From Octopus vulgaris (Eukaryota), in the NCBI GenBank assembly GCA_951406725.2, contig OX597815.1, positions 141,732,001 to 141,796,000 of the forward strand: 64,000 nt of DNA, in the 5' to 3' direction. Positions within the stretch are counted from its first letter, which is position 1, and each line of letters begins with the position of its first letter. Positions 39,371 through 53,293 of the stretch are shown one piece after another. Position numbers and translations under genes: made by a program. A model generated the notes under the pieces. That model had not been told where the DNA came from and did no database searches. It worked only from the letters and a program-made list of their open reading frames with translations.

Positions 39371-42300
39371 TCATTCCCATCTTCAAACCGATTGTATTAA
39401 TTTTGAGCTGTCAAGTATGGTGACACAAACGTAACTTTCTAAGTAATGCATAGGAATTATATGCTTAACGCAGACAAACAACTTTTAAATCTAAAAAAAA
39501 GACAATGGAGGCATAAACTTTTGTAGCTATAGAGTGTTTCTGCTCCTTAAAATCCTGAATGTCGCTGATCAAACGATATCATGTAGGGGAAAGCACGGGA
39601 ATAAATTATAGTAACAATACGAGATACGAGGATAACTGGTTTCAACAGTTCATCAGAGGGATGTGTATTTCGTGAGGAAAAATATTAATTCCCCCTTGCA
39701 TAAATTGTCATTTGTATAGAGAACCTGCTGTGTGTAAGTATACATTATCGTCAAAATTACATATTTCTATTTAGCTATTCGTGTTATTATGCATCAAATC
39801 TGGCTTCCTTTCCACTGAAAAAATATAATTAAAATAAAACTTGTTTTTGTGAAAAAAATATATATCATATTACGCGTCTACATATAATTTAATTCTATCC
39901 TAGGAAATATATCATTTCTTTTCCTAAAATAAAATTAAAGCTTGCAATTTCCTACTGTTAATACAAATATAGGAAAATGCATTTCGAATCCAAATGAATT
40001 GAAAACTACAGTTTCCTGTGCACAGCTGCAGGAAATGTGGATGTTTAGTTGTCAGGACATATTATTATTTTCCTACATAATGCACAGAAAAATATTTTCA
40101 CTCCGTAAGCAATGTTCAGTGGATCTAAGAAAATGCGGCAGGTAAAAAAAAAAGACTAAATGACTTCATTGTTACTACACAGTGAGAAAGAACACTTGAA
40201 TAGAAGAAGAATAAAATATAGGAAATATTATTTACTTAATATTCATTGATTTGGTTTAATATTCATAAAATGGAAAATATACCCAGCCTTGTAATATCCT
40301 TATCATTTCTGACTTCATCAGAAATTTACATTGCGAAGAAATATAGCCTCACTAACAGCAACAAGCGTGTTTACATTTTTTTTTCAATTTACTTGTATGG
40401 AAGCCGAAAGTACATACAGATAGTCAGAGTGGGCGAATTATATCTGCATAAAATATACTACCTTACATCCACACACATTTGTATTTACATTTTCATATAA
40501 ATAAGACGTTAGGAAATATCAATCTCTACAGGATATTGTTAAATGAGTATTCGTAGTATCGTCGGTATATTCTGAATTCACCGACAATATGTATGACTAG
40601 AAATATCGTAGCTATATTTCAGTAGGGTATAAGCGATACATCTCGGTTAGGTAAGCATATCAATCGTGATATTTTATCTCGCTATTGATTATATTTTATA
40701 ATTAGAATGGACGTAATGAGCAATTCATACTTTCAAATGTTAAACTCGCATTACTATTTTGAAACTGCATTCATACGAATTCAGCAACGAAACACTTGTA
40801 CGATATGCAGCAATGTTCTATATAACACTATAAAATAGTTTTTACTCTCGTTTTAAGATTTGTTACATATCGATATAACAAATTATGTTCTCTCTTGTTA
40901 GAGTTATGAATTCAAAATTACTCGGGATTCTGTTTTAATATATGAAAGAAAGAAAGAATCGTAGAAGATGCTTCCATTTTATTATTCTAATTCAAGTAAG
41001 GCCTTAACCTTCAAGTAATAAATAATACATGGTGATGTTTCCTTACGTTCCACATACTAAACAGACAATTCAATTGATATGATACATCCTATAATTTATG
41101 TCTTTTATTAGTACTGATGAGAATAATTTCTTGCGACACAGAATCTTCACCCAGACAGAAAGGAATATTTGTGTAGATTCTAGGGACATACACGTATATA
41201 ACGGAGCCTTTATATGTATTTTCTCAAACCAATTCGTTTTCACATCATGGATTTGGTTTTCACAGACTTGCTCTTGTAACATGTGATTGATCTTTTCTGT
41301 AAGCTGTTTTTACGTATATTTATTGTAGATGAAATGTCATTTAATCATGCATCATTACAACATGTATTTCCAAATGCCCTCATTAAATGATAGACGTAAT
41401 TCCGAATTCAAGAAAACCCCTCCTAGGATACACTCTGGTCTTGCTGGTTAGCCATAAAAAGATATGGAATTACAAACTATGTTTTTAATATTTGAGTATT
41501 ATAATGAAGAAAATTGACCTACATCGGAATAAAATTGTTTAGGTACGATTGAAAATTTGAATCGGATGAAGTCGCTTTCCCTCCATTGGCGGATCCTTTA
41601 ATGATAGCATATTCTAATCTCTCATCTCCAGGTTCGGGTGCTGACGGAGCGTGATGATATTTATTTGAAAATCAAGAAATGTACTTCATACATTGCTATT
41701 TATCTTAGAAGGGCTGAGTATATTTTTTCTCAATAACATCAATCCATCATCAAGAGGGCGACAAGCTATATAACACGATGATGCAATGTGTTCCTTTCTT
41801 GAAGATTTGATGTTGTTATTCATTGTATTCTGTTTAGATGGTTTTGTAATCGCCTCTGTGGTACTTTAATCAAACGTGACTAAACTATACTTGACTGTAG
41901 GATTCTATGGAACGAACGTTAAAAGGGTACGCGCACTACATGCCTGCATAATGTAGAGTCAGTGTTGCTGATATATGGCGAAATGCTTTGGTGTGTGTAT
42001 TATCTTACCAAGTAACTAAAAAAGCATCTGAAGATTGTGAATGTTAACTGCTTGCCTGGTCTTAAATTTGAGCCGTATGTAGCGCATGACTCACAAATTT
42101 TAGTTGCAACATACCTTGTAGACGTTAATAGAGGATAAAGGAAAATGTAGAAAGAATCTGAAACAAAGGCGTCTCTGCGGTTTTATGTAATCACATAAAA
42201 TCCTGAAAATGATACTTCTGAGATATCAAAACCACGCTGTTGAAGACTGTTTTGATTTTTTGGCTGCTGCAGTAGAAGAAATATTGGTGCAGTGTGCCAT

Positions 42301-43908
42301 TGCTCGATGACACCTTTTTTTCCGCTCGTTTAATGTCAGCTTTTCATCTATAAGAAGCATCTTAATGAAGATCATATTGACTGTATCACGTTCTATTTGA
42401 GGATGTAATCTTGCACGAAATGACGATTAATTTTCTATGTGGACTGGACTCATCTGTAATGCATCATTTATATATTTTTTCAGTGATAAAAAGTAATGCT
42501 GCACAATTACTTCTGGATAAATTATGTATGTTACGTTCTTTTTTGCAATAGATAATTGGCTGACATTCTTTGGTTGTTAAGATAGGCAGTTTAGGTTCAG
42601 GCTTCCTTGATACAATACTCTTAGATTCGCCTACAGTTTACGCATATTTTCTGGCATCTATCCATTAGATAACTAAAAATAATATTTTGATGACATTATC
42701 CGCAAAAGACTGATATCTCGACAGTGAAATTGATGACAATGACTAGGTTTTCAGTGGAGATATACCATATGAAGTCCTGAGTAGTATCATCGAATAATTT
42801 TAGGTCTAAAATGACACACGCCTTCCTAGAAATTTCGAATATGCTGTCTACCCTTATCTGTTTTTTTTTTAGGTATTTTTAATATACCATTCATTTTGAA
42901 GCAACAAATACGGTTCTTAAATCGAGACTTAAGAGCTCACTATAGCGGTTTTATATTGTGTGATAAAGAGAGACAAGATTTGCTCAGTGGGAGGTCGGTA
43001 CGCAATTCAGAAACTTAGTGGTTACACTAGAATCAGTATCGATTATAAAACTAGCTATCACATGATAAGTGTATACTAAACTTTCTCCTTCCGTCTTCTT
43101 GATTACAGAAATAGTAGTACTGTTTGACAATTAGGCCAGACACCGAAGCTTTCATGCTGCCATCTACGTAAGGATAAGAATCCTGTCTTCCGCACAGTCA
43201 CAAATAAGTTGTGTTTGGCAGCATATCTGTTTGTGTGCTACCAAAACACGGTTACCTAATATTTCTATCCAAGATTATTTGGTTCCTCTCTTCTCTCACA
43301 TTAATATCAGATTATTTAAAATTTTGACTTTAAAATATAAGGCCTAGCTACTTGAGGTTTGTGAGAGAGAGTAATATAATATCAGAAATAATTTTTTTCC
43401 AGTGTGAGACGACGTTATAGCGACGCAGGAATACTCGAATATTAACTGTATGTATCATGTATTTTGATTTCAGCAGCCCATTCCATAGAGCATCGATTAC
43501 AAAGAATGCTAATCATATGGTAAATATATAGCCATACCCTTCTAAACACGTCTGTCTTACAACCTCCAACCTACAACAAATCTTTTTCTCTAATATCTGT
43601 GATTATTCCTTCGAGCAAGAAATTCAAATTTATACCTACTGACTACTACTTCGAAAAATATTTCCATCTTACTGTTTCGAAAAGTCAGTATCGCATTAAA
43701 TTAGCGACACTAATTATATCCTCTAAGCGCTCCATCGATTACGACTGACCAAGGGTTTCTCCATCTGGTAAGTTATACTGTGATGGATTTGTGTAATGAT
43801 TCTTTATGATATACGAACAACAGACCACTAAATACAATTCACCCCTAGCTTCACCAAAACGCTGTGTAACTTTGGTTCATTGCCGTTCCAGATCAGACAC
43901 CTGTAGCA

Positions 43909-44127
43909 TACTCTTTTACTCTTTTACTTGTTTCAGTCATTTGACTGCAGCCGTGCTGGAGCACCGCCTTTAGTCGAGCAAATCGACCCCGGGACTTATT
44001 CTTTGTAAGCCCAGTACTTATTCTATCGGTCTCTTTAGCCGAACCGCTAAGTGACGGGGACGTAAACACAGCAGCATCGGTTGTCAAGCAATGCTAGGGG
44101 GACAAACACAGACACACAAACACACTC

Positions 44128-44173
<46 letters not shown>

Positions 44174-44336
44174 GACAGTCTTCTTTCAGTTTCCGTCTAC
44201 CAATTCCACTCACAAGGCATTGGTCGTCCCGGGGCTATAACAGAAGACACTTGCCCAAGATGCCACGCATTGGTACTGAACCCGGAACTATGTGGTTAGT
44301 TAGCAAGCTACTTACCACACAGCCACTCCTGCGCCT
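43909..44336 (-). mobile_element. tRNA-derived SINE family A (CORE-like), well-preserved copy
   Basis: The minus strand begins ggcgcaggagTGGCTGTGTGGtaag...GGTTCAGTACC (A and B boxes), then CORE-like cttgggcaagtgtc, an internal (TA)/(TG) tract and a (gtaaaaga) repeated tail. There are multiple copies in the window. Confidence 0.92.
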
Positions 44337-44404
44337 TTAAAAAGCATGCTCACTTTAAAAAGTTAAAAATCCAACAGAACATATGGGATGACTTGATATA
44401 TATA

Positions 44405-44961
44405 TATTTCTTTGTTGTCCACAAAGGGTTAACCAAGAGGGGACAAACAAGGACAGACAAAGGGATTAAGACGATTGCATCGACCCATTGCGTAACTGGT
44501 ACTTACTTAATCGACCCCGAAAGGATGACAGGCAAAATCAACATCGGCAGAACTTGAACTCAGAACGCCACGGCAGACGAAATACCTGTTTCTTCATTAC
44601 CCACAAGGGGCTAAACATAGAGGGGACAGACAAAGACAGACAAACGGATTAAATCGCTTACATCGACCCCAGTACGTAACTGGTACTTTATTTCTCGACC
44701 CCGAAAGGATGAAAAGTAAAGTCGACCTCAGCGGAATATGAACTCAGAACGTAATGTCAGACGAATTACCTATTTCTTTACTACCCACAAGGGGCTAAAC
44801 ATAGAGAGGACAAACAAGGACAGACAAACGGATTAAGTTGATTATATCGATCCCGGTGCGTAACTGGTACTTATTTAATCGACCCCAAAAGGATGAAAGG
44901 CAAAGTCGACATCAGCGGAATTTGAACTCAGAACGTAGCGGCCGACGAAATACTGCTAAGC
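44405..44961 (-). mobile_element. head-to-tail trimer of SINE family B bodies
   Basis: Three diverged units starting at 44405, 44587 and 44771 (periods 182 and 184 bp), each the reverse complement of ~61205-61390. Confidence 0.92.
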
Positions 44962-45210
44962 AAAACATATTCCATTGAACAGTAGATTAAATGTATCTAG
45001 ATTGGTAGGGAAATATGTAAATGTGGTTATCGTGAGAATTCTACTTAAATTTGGTGGACTATATATATATATATATATATATATATTGACCTGCTCGCTT
45101 AGCCAGTGGGGTGGCGTCATTTGAAGGCTAAACAATGCGAAACGCATTGTGACCAGCGATGTGTGGCAACATATGATAGCCTGGTCTGTCATATGATGAT
45201 GATGATGATG

Positions 45211-45285
<75 letters not shown>

Positions 45286-46424
45286 GAGAAATAGATTGTT
45301 AGAATTTTGGAACAAACCTTTTTATTTGTTCATTATTATCAACGCTTTCTTTCCTTTCTCAAACCTGTGAGAAATATTGTTTACAAATCTTTTATATTAA
45401 TGAACTAAAAGCTATAAACAATATCACTGTATTTATTTTAGTTAATTATTGCGAATATTCCATGTTTGCTGACTGGCAAAATATATTCAGTTGAACAGCA
45501 GATTAAACATATCTAGATTGTTGTTGCTAGGGAAATATGTAGATGTGGTTATCATGAAAATGCGATTTAAATTTGGTGGAATGATTCATTATTGTATACA
45601 ATTATTAGAAATGAGAAATATACATATTGTTTCTTTTTTTCACTTTCCCGAGCATAATTATTTGCATTAAATGTGTTAACACAAACTTAATTATATAGTG
45701 ATCTATGCTGATATGCTGCCCAAAATGTTATAAAAATATAATATGTTTATACAGAATTCACTTGAGAATTCTTATCTAAATATTCTGCGACGGACTGCAA
45801 TGCCAATCAATAGGTATCCATATTAGTAGATCTGCACAGTAATTATTGCAATGGAAAATCATACGTACAGAAATTTATCTTACTCCTAGGCTATCATTCC
45901 TAGGCACATATATGATAAACTCTATTATTGCTATAACCATCTGTATTTTTTCAAACGTTGAAGCTTATTATACATTGTGTTTAGATGTTTTTAACAAACA
46001 AGTGGTTAATTTCATTAAGATATGGGTGGGGTTTTTTCTGACAAGTCACTCAATTCCTTAAAAAGTCCCTTACATACTTAGCTAAAGCTAGTATCATTAT
46101 AATCATGTAATTGTTGACCTCTTCTTACCTCCTCTCTACTAGATGCTACTTCATAGTGATATTTAATATCATGTCATACTTCCATCTGTCCATCCTGTAT
46201 TAAGCATATTTCATATTTCTTTTATAATTCTGCTTACACTTCTTCATAACTTTTGTGCATACATATGTCAGGATTTGTGCATACATCTATCATGCTCTAT
46301 TAACATTTAGAATTATTTTCTTCCAAATTTTGGTGAGAAGCATTTAATGGCGAAAGAGAGCTGTTATTTCATAAACATCACCCATATATCTCTGCCACAT
46401 GACATGAATAGATGCATTCTTCTA

Positions 46425-46710
46425 TTTCTTTCAGTCACTCGACTGCGACTATGCTGGAGCAGCGCCTTTAGTCAAATCAATCGCCCCAGGATTTATTCTT
46501 CTTAAGCCAAGTACTTATTATATCAGCTTTTTTCATGGAACCGCTAGGTTAAAGGGACGTAAATACACCAACATCGGTTGTCAAGCGATGTTGGAGGACA
46601 AACACAGACACACAAACATGTATATATGCATATATATATATATATATGTGTGTGTGTGCGTATACGCATGCACACACATACACACAAACACACACACATA
46701 CACACACACA

Positions 46711-46744
<34 letters not shown>

Positions 46745-46883
46745 CACAAAATATTACATTATATAATTAGGGCTTAGTAAAATAAATTACTTTGCCACAT
46801 ATGGTCCTTAAATGGTCCTTTTACATACTGAACACTACTTGGTGAAATTGATTAATAACTAATTAATTTTACCCTCAATTGTT

Positions 46884-46914
<31 letters not shown>

Positions 46915-47072
46915 GTATATATATGACGAGCTTCTTTTAGTTTCCATCTGCCAAATCTACTCACAAGGATTTGGTTGACCCAACGCTATATTACAAGAGA
47001 TATGTGCAAGGGACTAAACCTGGAATCATGTGGTTGGGAGGCAATGTTCTTACCATACAGCCACTCCTACGT
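46425..47072 (-). mobile_element. SINE family A, diverged, with extra internal sequence
   Basis: Collinear with 43909-44336 at both ends (cagtcactcgactgcgactatgctggagc...ttaccatacagccactcctacg). Confidence 0.88.
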
Positions 47073-48254
47073 CTATTAGCGTATATGTTTTAATTTATGT
47101 GCGTTAACTACACATATATAGTAATAAACAAGTAAACTTGTTCCAAACATCGTGGCAAATATCTCGGTAACAATTGTCGCAATATGTAAGACTTCATTAT
47201 TTGGTTTTTACTAAGATAACTGTTACAGAATTATAAAATCTCCGCGTAAAATATTTGAATATGATTAATATTGTTTAGGAAGATTTAAAAAAACATTTGA
47301 TATAAATGCAGTTACTTTATACACACAGACACATATATATTCATATAATATGTATACACACATACATATGTGAATGTATATATATATAGAGAGAGACGTA
47401 AATGTCGAACGATGAAAATGAGTACTGAACACCACCGCTTTGGTGGATATAATTTCTTTATTTGTGATTTAAGTCAACCATTTGTTTGAGAAAAGTAGGA
47501 AAATATCCTAGTATCTAAACAAATTTTCAAGACGATCACACAGAGAAAGGCGTTGGCCTCCATTTGTTTGGTCCACACAACAATTTGTCCAAAGGACAAA
47601 TTCAAGGGAGACAATCATCCAAAAGATGCCACTGAAGTCTAACATCCCTGGATTAATTGATACATTGTTTTATTCACTGGAATTCAGGAGAATCTCCAAG
47701 AGTTAGCCGAAGCTGTATTTTTCAAACTAGAGGTGATCAACATTTCCCTTGTGATTGTCTTGAAAAATTGTCAAGTATCTAGGCTAGTTTCCTACTTTTC
47801 TTAACCATTGTTTTCATGTGAAGATATGTAAGAATATATCATAGTGTCTTGACAATTTTTAAAGCCGATCACATGAATAACAATACACTATACAGGGGTG
47901 TTTGTACCTGATATTACTGCCGTGTGTGTAGCATGCGCAACCAAGATAAATGAAGATATGTGCGCTTGGAAATTCAGGGATGTATTTTATAAAGTTACTT
48001 TCTATAGTATTTCCGAAGTGCAGATTCAAAATTAGATGAACACAATATAAATGGGTAACAGATCTGTACAGGTGTCAATTCACTTCGGCCGTTTCAAGGA
48101 GTTCCTTTAATTGATTAATGAAAACACTACATCAATTTGAAAGAAACCGTTCTCGTCAGATGACCGCATATATTTCAAAATAAGGATATATCTATTGTAA
48201 CCACAGATATGACAAAAGAAACAACGTAAGTACTATATATGGAAGCAGCTACCT

Positions 48255-48425
48255 AGCAGAAATGTTAGAACGCCGGGCAAAACGCTTACCGATATTTCGT
48301 CCCGCTTCCCGTTCCGATTTCAAATTGTGCCCTGATCGACTTTGATTGTAATCTCTGTCAGGTTCGACGAAATGAGTACCAGTTGAAAACTGGGCTCGAC
48401 CTAATCTCCCCCAAAATTGCTGGCA
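48255..48425 (+). mobile_element. SINE family B, diverged
   Basis: tagcagaaatgttagaacgccgggcaaaacgctt...gatcgactttg...aaatgagtaccagttg matches 61161-61320. Confidence 0.75.
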
Positions 48426-48454
48426 TCTCCCTCTCTCTCACCACTCTGTGAGTC

Positions 48455-48508
<54 letters not shown>
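48455..48508. repeat. (GT)n microsatellite
   Basis: Directly visible. Confidence 0.97.
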
Positions 48509-48511
<3 letters not shown>

Positions 48512-49256
48512 TCCAAGTGTCTAACAAGAGTAAGCAGGGCATTACATCTACTTATGAAAATACAGAAAAAGTCAATATAATATATTAGAAACTGAAGAAA
48601 CGAATAAAAGTTTATTAATCTATTATTGTTTTCTCATATATTTATAATTTCATGAAATTAATTCTGAACAATATAAATTTATAACGGTAGCGAATGTTAT
48701 TAAAATTAAGCTTTGGAAATTATAAAGCCATAAATTGTATAAAAAAATACATGATATTGTTTACGGTAAATTATAGGCAATTTAAGACTTAAAATCCTCG
48801 GTATTCGGATTATAGAGAAAATATATTAAATAATTAATCTGGTTGTACAAAGATATAATTTAGGAGGAAGAATACGGTGATTGATATTTCGTTGGTAAAT
48901 AATATATATATAAACTTTATTCCCCTTAATTGTATACAATAGAATTGGAGGAAATTTCATTAGGTGTTACCATATCAGACTGTCACACAATAATAAAGTT
49001 TGGAGCATTGCCCTAACCTCACAAAGATTCATTTGATATGTAGAATTAGAAATGTAGAAGTGAACAGCTGTAAGAAAGGGATATGGTCATCTGTTTTTGC
49101 AGATAAAAATATGCCAAACAATTGTATTTTAACTGCGAACGAAATAATTTCTAGGAGTGATTTTGATGACTCATACACCCACAAAATATAGCGACTTAAT
49201 ATCATAAGCCAAATTCTTGCATGTAAATATATGATATTAATTAAAACTAATTCATG

Positions 49257-50332
49257 TACGAGGTTAAGTTAATAATTGCACCCCCCCACTTCAGTGGACA
49301 CATACTAAAAGGTAGTACTATTATTGTTATGCAACCGAAGTTTGACCTGGATCGCTCCAGTTTTCTCCCTTGTATTATCAAAATAAACATGGCTTCTAAG
49401 CTGGTGATGTGTACCAAGAAATAATAAATTACAATGACCCGATTTCTCTGATTTTAAGATGTTGTCAGGGGCTGAAATTCACCGCAGGCTTTCAGTAAAT
49501 TGTGAGGACAGTACTGAACATCGCAGGAGCATGACCGACCAGATCAGCGGGAAGCGCGAAGATGGAAAAGGACGAGAGATTATCCTAGTGAACTGACGAG
49601 TAACCATCGATGTAGTGGCATGTACTCTTAAAATTATCCATGGCCTTACATATGAAATTATCAAAGACAAGCTTCATTTCTGTAAAGTCTGTGCGAGGTG
49701 GGTGTCAAGAGTTGTTACTAAAGCACATAAGCGTAATAGAGTGGAGATTTGTCAACACCTGATCGATCGACGATGAACGCAAAGGATTTTTGGAGAGAAG
49801 TAACATGGGATGAGTCCTCCACTTTAAGCCAGAATTCAAAGGGTTAAATATGGAATGCCAATGTCCGGAATCGCTTGTAAGAAAGAAATTAAAGACTAAA
49901 CTTCCCACAGAGGAAGTGACCTTAACGGGTTTTCGGACGCAAAATGATATACTGGAACATCACGGGAACATATACTGGAACATATACTGGAAAAGAGGTG
50001 TACTGTCACCAGTGTAATCAACAGTGAAATGCTAGCAATTTATACCAAACGCTGAGATTTTTTGTCAAAACAAATATATTTGTTGCCTGAAAATACAGAC
50101 CCACATACGACTACACACATCATTAAAACCATTGATAAATTGTGTTTTGAGGTGTTTCTGCGCACTCAGCCAGAAACCTTCCCTGAAAATATAAGCAAGT
50201 TTGTGTACCACTGAAAGTATTTCATCGAAAAGCAAGCTGACGTTGTCGAAAACTGATGCAATTGTTCAACAATCGCATTTGTTTTGATAAAATAAAAACA
50301 AGAGTGGCTATAATTTTTGACTTACCTTCATA
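49257..50332 (+). mobile_element. decayed mariner (DD34D-type) transposon with TIRs and TA flanks
   Basis: TIRs tacgaggttaagttaataattg / reverse complement tatgaaggtaagtcaaaaatta; motifs MASKL, AEIHRRL, CKVCARWVSR (WVPR) and LHFKPE; internal deletion near the C-terminus. Confidence 0.88.
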
Positions 50333-50829
50333 TGATGACAGTGGATATAGAATGAAATCAACACTTATATAGTGAGAAATAAATAAAGATTCTGTAACTT
50401 ATTTTTCGATCAGGTAAAAGTAAACGCTAAATTTCCCTTGAACAACACACTATTGTTTTAAACTTAAAACTATTCATCAGAAATTGTACGCACATACGAG
50501 GGTTTACCCTACTCAGGCAGGCGGATTTCATAGCCGTAATTGGAAGCATTCGATCAGTGGCCTGCTAAATCAAGACAGTGGCCTGCTAATTCAAAAGAAA
50601 CTAACCAGAAAATAACCACTTTCGAATTATCCTAGGAACGAGTTCTCAGTAGCTATCCGCAGTATAAAACTATGCGGCTAAATTCCAGTTAAATCAAACT
50701 GTTTATTATATAAAACAATTTACTCTCCTTCAGATGATCCCTTCAATTTACTCTCCTTCAGATTATCCCTTCAACGGGTCAGATTGCTCTGGAAATTAAT
50801 GTGCAAGTGATTGAGAACTCAACAGGCAC

Positions 50830-51052
50830 GATAAACATCAACATAGTTCTCAGTAAGATAGACCTTGACACAGAATGTGACAAGACTGTCTATTGGAAAT
50901 ACAGGTACTACTGTTTTTTGTCAGCCGAGTGGAGTAGAGTAAGGTGAAATAAAATACCTTGCTCAAGGATACACCACACCCCCAGGTTCCGGAGTGACTG
51001 CATTAGGATCGTGAAGCGAATACCTAAACCATTTAGCTATGCGCTTTCATAC
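50830..51052 (-). mobile_element. third tRNA-headed CORE-like SINE (family C), diverged
   Basis: The minus strand reads gaaagcgcatagctaaatggtttagg...tccttgagcaaggtattttatttcac (CORE-like). A related degenerate copy lies at ~58868-58980. Confidence 0.6.
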
Positions 51053-51079
51053 TACTAACGACGACAACGATAATCCTTT

Positions 51080-52030
51080 CCTCACAATGATGTCAGTGCT
51101 GAGCACCGATGGGTAATAAACAGAGTAAAATGGTAGTTTGAAGGTCGGAAGAATAAGGGGGATGAGGCATTTTTCCCAAACTCTTCAATCTTCTGTGATG
51201 TGAGTTTGCAGTGTGGGGTCGCGCATTGTTGTGATGAAACATCACTCATTTTCGATTCACTAAAGTGTTTTTTTTTATCAAAGCTTGGTTCAAACGCTCC
51301 AATTGCTGACAATAGACTGGCACATTGATTGTTGCATTAGGTGGTAACAATTCAAAGTGAATTACTCTTTTGCAACCTCACCAGATAGAGAGAAGAACCT
51401 TTTTTCCCATGACGTTCCCTTCTCGGTTGTGGTCGAGATTTTTCCCTTTTACCAATCCACTGTTTACGAGGTTTAACATTTCGCTAGAAGATGCATCTTC
51501 TGTCCTCAGTCACAAGTCTATCCAAAAGGGTGAAACAAGTTCGCGAGAATAGGCAAAAGAGCAGATGTCAACTCGGGATTTGCGCTAGCTTTCGGATAAT
51601 TCATGAGGCACCCATTTTCTAAGTTTAGGAACCTTATCAAATTGCTGAACATGATGATGGATGAGCAGTTGTATGGTTTGAACTAAACTTTATTACCAAT
51701 TCTCCAACTTATAATGCAGGAGTTTCTTCAAGTGATACCTCAAGAAGTTCATCATCAAACTCAACTAGACGTCCTGTTCGATCTTCATCTTCAAGGTTGA
51801 CATCGCCACTACTGAATTTTGCAAAACATCTTCTGCAAGTCCTTTCTTTCAAGCATTCTTTCCCATAAACTAAGTATATGTTTCGAGTCGCTTCGGCTGC
51901 AAAGATTCCTCTTTTGTACTAATAAAGCATTATGTGCCTCAAATGTTATTTGGATATTTCTATGTTAGAAAGCGTTCTAATCAAAGGAATTTTAATGCTA
52001 TTATGAAAATATTTTGACAAATTAAATTCA
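51080..52030 (-). mobile_element. decayed mariner transposase (second subfamily)
   Basis: The minus strand gives HLRHIMLY.YKRG (HTH start), WVPHEL, FHHNNARPHTA and PHPPYSSDL. Confidence 0.88.
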
Positions 52031-52162
52031 AATTTTGAAGTGAATCTAATGGTTTTTGTGTGTTTCTTAAATGGCTTATAAACACCTTCCACGCTGCAAT
52101 TGTTTTCGTTCCAGCACACTGTCTCAGATCAAGACACTTGCTATGCAAAATACATTTCCGTA

Positions 52163-52210
<48 letters not shown>

Positions 52211-52219
52211 CATATATAC

Positions 52220-52297
<78 letters not shown>

Positions 52298-52299
52298 CA

Positions 52300-53150
52300 T
52301 TAATGCTGATAAATTTCAGGCCCTGCGCTACCAGCATCCAAAACTGAATATTAAACTTACAGGGTCCACTGGTCCACAGGGAATTTCAATCCCAGAGCCT
52401 AAGCCAGTGAGGGACCTGGGTATCGACATGAGTGATGATACCTCCTTCCAAGTGCACATTACCAGGATGGCGACCACTGGATGGATGGATCTTAAGAACA
52501 TTCAGAACGAGAGATAAGGAAACCATGATGGTCCTCTGCGGACATTTGTCCTCAGCCGCCTGGATTACTACTCACAACTATGGTCACCCACCAGTGTGAA
52601 ATTAACAGCGGGCCTTGAACTAATCCAGAGAAGATTCACTAAGAAGATCATCTCTTTGCAACAGCTCAGCTACTGGGAAAGTTTGAAACAGCTAAGATTC
52701 TAATCTCTGGAGAGAAGATGGGAGAGGTATGCAGTAATATATATCTGGAAGATCCTGCAAGGAATTGTGCCACATTTTGGCATTGAAAGCTATAACAATG
52801 CCAGGACGGGACAACACAGCATAGTGCCAAAGGTCCCACCAATGCCATCACGCTTCAGGACCAGTTACTGCAACAGCCTGAGTTTCAAGGACCCACAGCT
52901 TTTTAATATTCTCCTAAAGAGTCTGAGGAACTTGCACAACGTAATGTAGGGGTTTTTAAATCAAAGCTGGACCTCTTCCTGTCGAGAGTCCCAGATGAAT
53001 CTACCTTACGGCAAGAGGTCCAAATTTGGGTAGCTACATCAAACTCCATTCTTCACCAAATGCCACATATTAGAGGAGGCTCTTAGTAATAACAGTGTGG
53101 CACAAAACGGCGGTGCATCAGCATGGGCGCAGCTCTGAGATGAAACTAGA
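52300..53150 (+). mobile_element. CR1-type LINE 3' end between (TA)n tracts
   Basis: VRDLGIDMSDD..F..HI; GWILRTFRTR; SRLDYYSQLWSP; LELIQRRFTKKI; LSYWESLKQL...SLERRWERY..IYIWKIL. Confidence 0.88.
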
Positions 53151-53151
53151 G

Positions 53152-53293
<142 letters not shown>

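Noticed and set aside
39625-39670. Minus-strand CTGATGA-actgtt-GAAA motif
   Set aside because: Stem I does not pair and stem II is essentially absent.
40290-40330. Minus-strand CTGATGA-agtca-GAAA motif
   Set aside because: No stem II; it is explained by a small local hairpin.
41400-42900. Possible EnSpm/CACTA transposase relic (VNIHNLQ)
   Set aside because: A single short motif is insufficient.
44265-44336. tRNA-like A and B boxes (also at 61161-61245)
   Set aside because: These are SINE heads; they form no cloverleaf and continue into repeat bodies.
44405-44961. Repeat array resembling CRISPR or satellite
   Set aside because: Units are contiguous SINE bodies without unique spacers, in a eukaryotic context with no cas genes.
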